Assembly: GCA_045106415.1 (NCBI GenBank)
Contig: JBGCEP010000066.1
Coordinates: forward strand, 1-19,186
From: Oligoflexales bacterium
GTDB lineage: Bacteria > Bdellovibrionota_B > Oligoflexia > Oligoflexales > Bog-1112
Length of the DNA: 19,186 nucleotides
Direction of reading: 5' to 3'
The translations under genes and the position numbers were made by a program. This document shows, in pieces, positions 1 to 7,452 of the stretch. Positions within the stretch are counted from its first letter, which is position 1. Each line of letters opens with the position of its first letter. The notes under the pieces were generated by a model. That model did no database searches, was not told where the DNA came from, and was given only the letters and a program-made list of their open reading frames with translations.

Positions 1-53
1 CAGCTAGCTTAACAGTTGGTGCGATATTAACTGCATGCCCATTTCTACCATAA
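1..53 (+). CDS. 3' end of a hydrophobic Ala-rich protein (partial, runs off the left edge)
   Basis: Frame from nt 3 reads ASLTVGAILTACPFLP* (TAA 51-53). The stop overlaps the RBS (TAAGGAG) of the next ORF. Only 16 codons are visible. Confidence 0.55.
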   Translation, partial: ASLTVGAILTACPFLP

Positions 54-62
54 GGAGACAAG

Positions 63-161
63 GTGATAGAATTTGATTTAGAGAGGGGTCTCTTTGGAGC
101 TGCTATTGCATTTCTTGCGATAATAATTGGAAAGATACTTAGAAAACAAAATCATCATTAA
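63..161 (+). CDS. 32-aa single-pass membrane peptide (not in ORF track)
   Basis: RBS TAAGGAG 51-57, GTG at 63. MIEFDLERGLFGAAIAFLAIIIGKILRKQNHH* has a hydrophobic core followed by a basic tail. Confidence 0.6.
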   Translation: MIEFDLERGLFGAAIAFLAIIIGKILRKQNHH

Positions 162-471
162 TCGATAGATTTTGTGAACATCGTTGTTACCACTCTCCTA
201 AGTATTTACAACGACACTCTACTTTCTAATGAACTACTGCATTCGATGCCAATTGTACTAATCACCCATCTTAACTCGCGCTAGTTCTTCTAGGAATTCT
301 GAAACGCTTTGGCAAAAGCAAATGCAAAAGTTTTTAACCGAGATCATTGAAACAGCAAAGAACCTGGAAACTTTATTCACGATACTCTTAGCGTTGAAAA
401 GGAACTATATGAAAGATGTCATTATACCAATCACAGAAAATAGAGGTGCAATTGGCGCCACAGCAGGTGCC

Positions 472-1115
472 GCAGCCCCACTACGAGGAGGAGTGCGAGA
501 CCAGGCTTTAACCCGTGCAATTTCATCATAGGCATGCTTGTTATCGTAAGCCTTATCCCCTGTTACAGTCTCAATTTCGCTTGATGTGTTCTGGATAAGA
601 TTGTCAGTTTCTAAACTGTCATGAACATTAGACTCCGTCATAGTAAGGGCTGTGGTTTGTCTCGTCTCAACATCAACACCGACATGAAATTTCTTCCACT
701 TGCGTCTTTTTGACTTTCCATGGGTTCTCATATGCCATTCTCCTTCTCCATGAATTTTCATCCCAGTGGCATCAATGGCCAGGTGTATAGGTTTTCCTAG
801 ATCAATATGTTCTAAAGCAACATCAATATCATTCGCACGTCTTGAAAAAGTCGAATAATTTGGAACTTAAAAATCTATATTGAGAAAGTGAAACAGACCT
901 CCTATAAAACCTTGTAACTGGCGAAGCGGTAGGTGGTAAATGCTCTTTAAAATCAATCCAAGTTCAATGGCATGATTACTATATAAAAGTGGCCGACCTC
1001 TTTTTGGAGAACACTCGGAAGAAGCCCCTTGAGACAAAGCTTTCTCATCAAAACAGACTGTAATATTTCCCCGGTTAATCAAAGATTGATGATATTGCTT
1101 CCAATTTTTTGACAC
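472..1115 (-). pseudogene. IS5-family DDE transposase pseudogene
   Basis: ORFs 867..1115 and 405..761 are in the same frame, separated by TAA at 869-867. Read-through gives NWKQYHQSLINRGNIT...RGRP..YS...LPLRQLQG...VPNYSTFSRR...AIDATGMKIHGEGEW...WKKFH...GDKAYD. Truncated after PPRSGA, so it lacks the C-terminal catalytic Glu region. Confidence 0.9.
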
Positions 1116-1134
1116 GATAAGGCTGCTTCAAATC

Positions 1135-1181
1135 AGCCCCCTAAAATTTTAGTTTTTTGTCGAACCAAATTCTAGGGGGCT
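1135..1181. repeat. Inverted repeat in the IS leader upstream of the transposase start
   Basis: AGCCCCCTAAAATTT (1135-1149) / AAATTCTAGGGGGCT (1167-1181), 14 of 15 bp complementary. Confidence 0.75.
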
Positions 1182-1219
1182 ACCTTCCTGATTTCAATAA
1201 CGATTTATGCAACAACGCC

Positions 1220-1636
1220 ATTTTTCTTTCTTCCCAAAGCTTCGGTTCACAGCTATATAAAATTCAAAGAAGCTCGGTGGCACAATCTGAAAATCAAGTC
1301 TTAACTGGTGGCACAAACTGGATCGTTGCACATGACGATCAATTGAAATTTATTGAGTCCTTCGACATAGACCAGAACTTAAAAACAAAAGCATTTCTGA
1401 ATTATCCACTATAGGTGCGCACTGGATTCCTCCGAATCTCTCAATGTAATGCTAATTTTAGAATCCGCTATACAGTTCACGGCTTAGGTGGTGGTCCCCT
1501 CACAGGGTATATTGGCTATTGGGCCACAAAGGTTATTGGTTACACTGGAATTGGCACAGCCGGTGGTCTAGCGGCAGCCTCAGCCACCACAGCACTTGGC
1601 GCAACATCATTATTTCATCGCCGTTTCAAGATTTAA
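1220..1636 (+). pseudogene. Disrupted hypothetical protein with GLGGGP-x-YWATK motif and Gly/Ala-rich hydrophobic region
   Basis: ORFs 1157..1414 and 1415..1636 share a frame and are joined across TAG 1412-1414. The 5' end is cut by the IS terminal repeat at 1219. The Gly/Ala-rich run stops abruptly near 1606. Confidence 0.7.
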
Positions 1637-1757
1637 CAATTTGGTACTGATCATTACACAAGCCTGCCTATATCAGTTCTGAAATCTTCAAAGGTAAGAC
1701 TTTTTCAGGCAATATTCTCTCGCCTAAATAAAATTATTTTTTTCCACAAGAAAAAGC

Positions 1758-1787
1758 TTGCCAAAAGAGGTCATAACCCGCTATACC
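1758..1787 (+). promoter_or_regulatory. Candidate sigma70 promoter for tRNA-fMet
   Basis: TTGCCA (1758-1763), 18-bp spacer, TATACC (1782-1787), with an A/T tract upstream, just before the tRNA. Confidence 0.45.
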
Positions 1788-1799
1788 TTTCTCTGTTGT

Positions 1800-1876
1800 C
1801 GCGGGGTGGAGAAGTCTGGTATCTCGTCGGGCTCATAACCCGAAGACCGTAGGTTCAAATCCTGCCCCCGCTACCA
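1800..1876 (+). tRNA. Initiator tRNA-fMet (CAT)
   Basis: 77-nt cloverleaf with a C1:U72 mismatch. Anticodon arm TCGGG-CTCATAA-CCCGA has three consecutive G-C pairs. T-loop GGTTCAAATCC and encoded CCA end. Confidence 0.98.
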
Positions 1877-1898
1877 ACCTTTAAAGTAAAAAACTCCA

Positions 1899-1936
1899 AA
1901 CCCTATCACAACCAAAAAAAGTGATTGGGTTTTTTT
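1899..1936 (+). terminator. Probable intrinsic terminator after the tRNA
   Basis: AACCCTATCAC / GTGATTGGGTT stem (one mismatch) followed by a T tract. Confidence 0.65.
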
Positions 1937-2098
1937 GTATATATCTTATGTGAAAACCTTCACTATTTCTTAGTAAGACCTCTCATACGAGCTTAATTTC
2001 AATAAAATGCCGTAGAGGGCTAAAAATTAAAGTCTTTGCTCTTGATCGATCCACACTGAGTCACGACAAGGAAAAACCAAAAAACATAGAGGAAACAC

Positions 2099-2494
2099 AT
2101 GAACAAATCTAAAAAAATCTCTATCCACCCTCTTGCTCTTCTCGCTGTTATTGAATTATGGTTAGCTTTCCTTACCTATGATTATGCTATTTCTGACGAA
2201 ATCAATTTCATTTCAAGCGCTGCCTTTAGTGCTTTCTTTGTTTATTTCAACAATAAATCAGGGCAAGGTTTTTTTGGTCCACAGGTGCAGTTTCAAACTC
2301 AATCAGTACTCATCGTCACACTTTTCATCAGTTTAGGCGGGAGTTTGTTTGGATGGAGTCCAGTTGAACTTTTCTTTAGACTTATCATTGCGTACGGAGC
2401 CACAGTCGGACTTCAAAAAGCTCGGCACCTCATTATAGCGCGCTATAACCTTGACGATGGAGCACCACGGCCAGTGATTATTGAGCACAGCTAA
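2099..2494 (+). CDS. Hypothetical membrane protein (about 4 hydrophobic segments)
   Basis: RBS GAGGA before ATG. 131 aa with several hydrophobic stretches; no family recognised. Confidence 0.75.
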   Translation: MNKSKKISIHPLALLAVIELWLAFLTYDYAISDEINFISSAAFSAFFVYFNNKSGQGFFGPQVQFQTQSVLIVTLFISLGGSLFGWSPVELFFRLIIAYGATVGLQKARHLIIARYNLDDGAPRPVIIEHS

Positions 2495-3141
2495 ACTAAC
2501 CAAAAGCGTACATCGCACTTGTTTTAGATAAAATTTGAAGTCTACAAACTCAAAAAAACACTCTCTCACGTTGACCTTTTATCACGATCATCACAAGTAC
2601 AGACGGCCATCACCAACACCCTAGAACAGTTCCGCAATAATTTATCAAAATTATTTTAAATTCATATGTATGTTGGTATGATTTTCTGCGATAAGTTCAC
2701 CAATTCCTTAATCTCCACCTGTTTTTTAACTGCATCACAGCTCTGCCTCTCTCCTTGATGACATTACCAGCAGTAAAGCTTCACTCTACATCAGAATCTA
2801 GCGATGATCATTCGCACTATTTATTAAAGCAATGATATACGGAATTCCATCACACAAAATGTTTTAAAAGATTTCTCCAAGGTTCATACCAACTCAGACA
2901 CTGAACGTTATAGTTTCATTAACAAAAAGAAACGCTCGATCATGACAATCTTAAACCTTTTCATCTTCACTTTATACTCAGGCCGCCTTCTGACCTCGTA
3001 AAAGCCAATCATAAACATCTTTTGTCATGTTGTTGCTAAGCCCACAACCATGATAACACCTATGTTTAAACGCTGGAGGGGAAGCTTCTCAAGAAAGTAT
3101 GAGGCTTTTAAATCAATCGACGCTACATAAGATAAATCTGT

Positions 3142-4302
3142 ATGTTCAATACTTTTACTAATTTAAATCAAGCCCCTATCGACACATGGCAAGACCTCAC
3201 ATCATCGGTGCAGATTGGCCAAAAAATCACACATCAAAACTGCTGCCAACTCGCCGCTGCAACAGCCTTACAAGGTATTGGGTGGGTTTCACCAAACCCT
3301 CTCGTGGGAGCTGTTTTTGTATGTAAAGACGGTAGACTTTTAGGATATGGTGCTCACAAGCAATATAAATATGAACACGCTGAAAGAAATGCTCTCAAGA
3401 ATATTGATCCCTCTGAGCTCGAGGGTGGGACAGCCTATGTCACGCTCGAGCCTTGTTCACATCAAGGGCATCAACCTTCATGCGCACAGCTTTTGAAACC
3501 TTTGAAACTTAAAACTATTTTCTATGGGCAGCAAGACCCTAACCCCAAGGTTGCGGGTCAAGGGTTACACATCTTAAGAAAAGCAGGTATGAAGTGTCAG
3601 CAAGACCCTCTTCTCCATGAACTCAGCACCCGTCTTACAGAAGCTTTTTTTCATAACCTTAAAACTAAAAAACCATATGTTGCCATGAAGGTTGCATGCT
3701 CTCTTGATGGAAAAGCAGCATATCCAGGAGACAGCAGACATTTTCTCACTGGTAGCCGCTCAAGACAATATGGACATTGGCTTAGGCAGTTTTATGATGC
3801 TATTGTCGTCGGCGCCGACACCGTCCTGCAAGACAACCCGACCTTAAATGTCCGCCTTGATAACCTACGCATCTCACACCCTCTTCGAGTCGTTTTAGAT
3901 CCTAAAGGGAAAGCTTTTAAACCAGGGCTAAATCTTACACAAACACAAGAACAAAGAACTCTCTGGATGACTTGCGAAAAAACACTTCCTATCCAAGGAG
4001 TTGAACATATTCAGCTTCCTCTATGTGGTACACGATTTGACGTAGACTCTCTATTAACCACTCTATGGGATCAGGGAATTCGAAGCCTACTATTAGAGGG
4101 TGGATCATATTTATGGGAAAGCTTTCTCAATGAGCACGCCGTTCAAAAGCTTCATTTATTTCAGGCTCCGCAAATCTTAGGGTCACAAGGAATCTGCTGG
4201 AGTGGACGACACGCCTTTCAAGCTCCTATGATCATAAAAAACCCAAACACATTATCTTTAGACCAAGATATTCTCACAGAAGGTAACGTTGAGTATGGAT
4301 AA
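3142..4302 (+). CDS. ribD: Bifunctional riboflavin deaminase/reductase RibD
   Basis: SPNPLVGAV, HAE, YVTLEPCSH..C and QDPNPKVAGQG deaminase motifs. KVACSLDG, VGADTVLQDNPTLNVR and LLEGG reductase motifs. Confidence 0.96.
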   Translation: MFNTFTNLNQAPIDTWQDLTSSVQIGQKITHQNCCQLAAATALQGIGWVSPNPLVGAVFVCKDGRLLGYGAHKQYKYEHAERNALKNIDPSELEGGTAYVTLEPCSHQGHQPSCAQLLKPLKLKTIFYGQQDPNPKVAGQGLHILRKAGMKCQQDPLLHELSTRLTEAFFHNLKTKKPYVAMKVACSLDGKAAYPGDSRHFLTGSRSRQYGHWLRQFYDAIVVGADTVLQDNPTLNVRLDNLRISHPLRVVLDPKGKAFKPGLNLTQTQEQRTLWMTCEKTLPIQGVEHIQLPLCGTRFDVDSLLTTLWDQGIRSLLLEGGSYLWESFLNEHAVQKLHLFQAPQILGSQGICWSGRHAFQAPMIIKNPNTLSLDQDILTEGNVEYG

Positions 4303-4717
4303 CAGACCAGCATTTGAAGATATCTATTTAGACCTCGCCACGACCATGGCAAAACGATCATCATGCAAACGCCTTCAAGTCGGCACAGTGATCACAAGCA
4401 CTGACTACAGAAAAGTTCTTGCCGTAGGCTATAATGGCAACGCAAGCGGTTTACACAACGGCTGTGATCGCGACGAGCCAGGAAACTGTGGATGCCTACA
4501 CTCAGAAGAAAATGCTGTCATCAACTGTGATAGTCCAAGAAGCACTGAAAAAATTGTCTTTGTCACTCACCAACCTTGTGTCAATTGCGCAAAACGACTG
4601 ATCAACCTAGGTTCTGTGACTAAAGTATATTTTAGAAAAAAATACCGCTGTTCACAATCTGAGGCATTCTTTCAAGAGGTTGGCATCCAGCTTATTCACC
4701 GACCGGAAAACGTATAA
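4295..4717 (+). CDS. dCMP deaminase family protein (ComEB/Dcd-like)
   Basis: RSSCKRLQVG, GYNG, HSEENA and PCVNC zinc-binding motifs. ATG at 4295 overlaps the ribD stop (ATGGATAA). Confidence 0.92.
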   Translation: MDNRPAFEDIYLDLATTMAKRSSCKRLQVGTVITSTDYRKVLAVGYNGNASGLHNGCDRDEPGNCGCLHSEENAVINCDSPRSTEKIVFVTHQPCVNCAKRLINLGSVTKVYFRKKYRCSQSEAFFQEVGIQLIHRPENV

Positions 4718-4733
4718 AACACAACCACATCAC

Positions 4734-4765
4734 AGAGCGAGCAGTGCTGTCTTCGCTCGCTCTTT
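4734..4765 (+). terminator. Probable terminator hairpin after the ribD operon
   Basis: AGAGCGAGC / GCTCGCTCT perfect 9-bp stem with a short T run. Confidence 0.55.
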
Positions 4766-4792
4766 AAGCATCCTACCTATATAATTTTCATA

Positions 4793-4824
4793 CTTTTGCA
4801 TGGGTGAAAACCACCATGCAAAAG
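4793..4824. promoter_or_regulatory. Inverted repeat upstream of the XRE regulator (candidate operator or hairpin)
   Basis: CTTTTGCATGG-N10-CCATGCAAAAG with perfect 11-bp arms; TATAAT at 4780-4785. Confidence 0.5.
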
Positions 4825-4920
4825 AAAGCCTCACCTTCTCTTTTGGAGAATCCTAGTATTTTTGCAGAGTCGATGAGAAAGTAAAAATTATGCTCTTATA
4901 TCTGAATAAAGGTTCCCAGT

Positions 4921-5265
4921 ATGAGTTTTTCCAAACGTCTTCTCAGACTCATGTCCGAGTCGAATGTTACGATACGAGAAATTGCAAATTGCGCTGGTGT
5001 GTCAACCTCAACAATTGATAGCTGGAGAGCTGGCACAAAAAGCCCGAGTGATTATGAGGCAGTTTACCGAGTCGCTCAGAAACTTGATGTCAGTTTTTCA
5101 TATCTACTGGTCGGTCAAGACGAAGAGACACATGAAAGGAAAATGACACTGCGTGACTTTATTGATGAAACAGAAGATCTGGTTTCAGGGTTATTTGAAG
5201 TCAAGGTTCGAAGAATTAAAGAACCTAAAACATTTAAAAATCAAGCCACTCCTCTTGAATGTTGA
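4921..5265 (+). CDS. XRE/Cro-CI family helix-turn-helix regulator
   Basis: FSKRLLRLM...TIREIANCAGVSTSTIDSWRAG...P...VAQKLDVSFSYLLVG fits the HTH_XRE pattern. Confidence 0.9.
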   Translation: MSFSKRLLRLMSESNVTIREIANCAGVSTSTIDSWRAGTKSPSDYEAVYRVAQKLDVSFSYLLVGQDEETHERKMTLRDFIDETEDLVSGLFEVKVRRIKEPKTFKNQATPLEC

Positions 5266-5287
5266 TGATTCATGCCTAACGATCGCA

Positions 5288-7378
5288 TTAAAAATTACTT
5301 TCAACAGATCTAGGAACAAAATCTTCGGAAACAGCATCAGAAGATTCATTTTCAGTTATCAAGCTTTGTTCTCTTTGCAGAGCAGCTCTTTTTTCATAGT
5401 TTTCTGCAGCTAATTTTTTCTCTCGTTCAAAATAAGAGGAGATAACTTGAGCATCTCTCATTGCTCTTTTATGAGGCGGATGGATCATTTTCCATACTCT
5501 TTGCACCTCTTGAATATTTGGCCTTTCTTGTGAGTTTGGGTGTAACATGTTCATCATCAAAGACATCTCTACTCTCTCTGAAGGAATCATTCGATCTTTA
5601 TTTGTTTGGTAAAATTTCAAGAGACGATTAAAAACTTTAATATTTTCTTTTCTCATTTGCGAAAATGCTTTTCTTTGATTAACTTTATATTGCTGAAGAT
5701 CCATTTTATTTTGATTAAAAAGATGGATGTTATTTACATAATTTTTTTCAAATTTATCCATGTTTGATTGTATCTGACAGCACGCATCCGCAATGCTTCC
5801 TAGACTTCCTCGCGCATATTTCGCTTCGCCCAACATAATACCTAAAGAATAAATGTCTGATTTCGCATCCACTTGAACGCGACTGGCTCCAGGATAAAAA
5901 TTATTAAACTTCCTTTCTAAAGGCATATATACAAAGGTTCCAACTTCACCGCCAAAACTAGGTGAGCTCACATCATCTAAATCAATAATTTTAATTCTAT
6001 GATCTTTTCCTTGTAGGATATTTTCTGGTTTTAAGTCCCAATGAACCAATCCTTCTTTCTCTGTACGATAACCTTTTCGATGAAGAGCAGAGACGCCGAG
6101 AAACACATCTGTAAAAACTTCACCTCTAGCTTTTTTATTTCTTCCATTAATTCCTTGAAGAGACCCATTTTGAAAAACAGAAAAAAGATCGGTTCCACCA
6201 AGTTCTTGTATTTGAATTTTCCCATTTTCTGAAACCCCGAAATCTTTCATGAAAAAAGGAAGTTTTTGCAATCGGTCAGGATTTTTTTTCGTCATTGTAT
6301 TTATGGTTCTAAAAGATTTGACTGCATATTTTTGCTTTTTCAATCCCTTTTTTACAGAAACTTGATAAACAAACCCAAAACTTCCTTGGCCTAATATTTT
6401 CTCAACACGATAAGAACCTCCTCCAGGGAATTTTCCTTCTCCATATTTCATAGGTTTTCCCTCATGATCAACTTCAATAAGTTTTACTTTTGATAATTTA
6501 TTGACTAAGTCATCTACAATCGTTTTAGGTTCTTCATTGCTTGCTGACTTTACAAAAAACTTTTTAAGGCCTCCCCATCCTGATACAAATGGGTTTTTAT
6601 TTTTAATATCTTTAATTTTATCACGACGAATTTCAGGTCTTATATTTTCTACTTTATGAATTCTTTGAGAAGAAGAGCTTGACTCAACATCAATACTTTC
6701 TGTGCTAGATATATCCTGTGGTGAGATTCGTTCCGCATCAAGGCTTCTATCTGCCCGTGTTCCCTCCTCTTTGGTGGTCACATCAATTTTACGATTTAAA
6801 CTCTTAAGAGAAAAAGATGAGTTGAATAAAGAAACACTTTTAGCATCAAAAAATTCAATATTATCACCTAAAATACTCTGATCCTGAGCAAAGAACTCAA
6901 GGTGACTGTTGTGGTCGAGACAAACTATTCCTGCAAATTGAATCTTAAAATTCAGACCAAGGTCAACCAAAAAATCAAGAGGTTGATGCTCAGTATCAAG
7001 AAAAAAAAGCTTCTTTTTTTTCTCAAAAATAGAATAGTAACACTGAGAAGCAAGACTTAAATCATCATGCAGCGGATGCATTACAGCATCATTATCAAGG
7101 GATGCTGTGAAAATCCCAGCTTCGTATAAAAAATCTTTCAGTTTTTGATCAAGATCTGGGTTTGTATTTGAGTATACAAATGACTGATTTTCTGTTGAGA
7201 GTTGATAACCCTCGTCAACTGTTTCCACCTCACCGAAATCGTCTGTACGATAAGAGGTTAAAAAAATAGCTTTATCAATGGTTTGATTCTCTAATTTTTT
7301 ATTATTTGAATTCTTCTGTTTATTCTCCACACAGGAACACATCGACACTATAAGAAATATGTATGAAAAGAATCGCAT
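5288..7378 (-). CDS. Ser/Thr (Hanks-type) protein kinase with predicted lipoprotein signal peptide
   Basis: LGQGSFGFVY, YAVK, HWDLKPENIL, IIDLD, GTFVYMPLE, SDIYSLG and ERP kinase subdomains. N-terminus MRFFSYIFLIVSMCSC resembles a lipoprotein signal. Confidence 0.9.
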   Translation of the reverse strand: MRFFSYIFLIVSMCSCVENKQKNSNNKKLENQTIDKAIFLTSYRTDDFGEVETVDEGYQLSTENQSFVYSNTNPDLDQKLKDFLYEAGIFTASLDNDAVMHPLHDDLSLASQCYYSIFEKKKKLFFLDTEHQPLDFLVDLGLNFKIQFAGIVCLDHNSHLEFFAQDQSILGDNIEFFDAKSVSLFNSSFSLKSLNRKIDVTTKEEGTRADRSLDAERISPQDISSTESIDVESSSSSQRIHKVENIRPEIRRDKIKDIKNKNPFVSGWGGLKKFFVKSASNEEPKTIVDDLVNKLSKVKLIEVDHEGKPMKYGEGKFPGGGSYRVEKILGQGSFGFVYQVSVKKGLKKQKYAVKSFRTINTMTKKNPDRLQKLPFFMKDFGVSENGKIQIQELGGTDLFSVFQNGSLQGINGRNKKARGEVFTDVFLGVSALHRKGYRTEKEGLVHWDLKPENILQGKDHRIKIIDLDDVSSPSFGGEVGTFVYMPLERKFNNFYPGASRVQVDAKSDIYSLGIMLGEAKYARGSLGSIADACCQIQSNMDKFEKNYVNNIHLFNQNKMDLQQYKVNQRKAFSQMRKENIKVFNRLLKFYQTNKDRMIPSERVEMSLMMNMLHPNSQERPNIQEVQRVWKMIHPPHKRAMRDAQVISSYFEREKKLAAENYEKRAALQREQSLITENESSDAVSEDFVPRSVESNF

Positions 7379-7411
7379 TTAAAACACCTTATAGGCAAAA
7401 CTTCACAGAAG

Positions 7412-7438
7412 TTATCGGATGTTTTTTTGATTTTTTTA
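7412..7438 (-). promoter_or_regulatory. Sigma28 (FliA)-like promoter of the kinase gene
   Basis: Minus strand TAAA-N15-TCCGATAA versus consensus TAAA-N15-GCCGATAA, ending 33 nt before the ATG. Confidence 0.7.
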
Positions 7439-7452
7439 GAAAAATTTAAGTT

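Larger units (their letters stand above)
472..1219 (-). mobile_element. IS5-family (IS903-group) insertion sequence remnant, copy 1; left end intact, right part missing
   Basis: Terminal IR GGCGTTGTTGCATAAATC (minus strand, 1219-1202) resembles the IS903 IR GGCTTTGTTGAATAAATC. Transposase motifs are present. Similarity to copy 2 stops abruptly at nt 472. Confidence 0.9.

Noticed and set aside
322..531. 69-aa + strand ORF as a real gene
   Set aside because: It is chimeric, running into the antisense strand of the IS after nt 472, and has no clear RBS.
2950..3141. FMN riboswitch upstream of ribD
   Set aside because: None of the conserved RFN blocks (for example GGGGTGAAATTCCC, AGTCCGGATG) is present.
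4295..4717. Anti-phage dCTP deaminase (AvcD-like)
   Set aside because: It is only about 140 aa, lacks the N-terminal P-loop kinase domain, and sits in a housekeeping context.
4793..5265. Prophage or ICE around the XRE gene
   Set aside because: No integrase, divergent cro, replication or structural genes are in the window.
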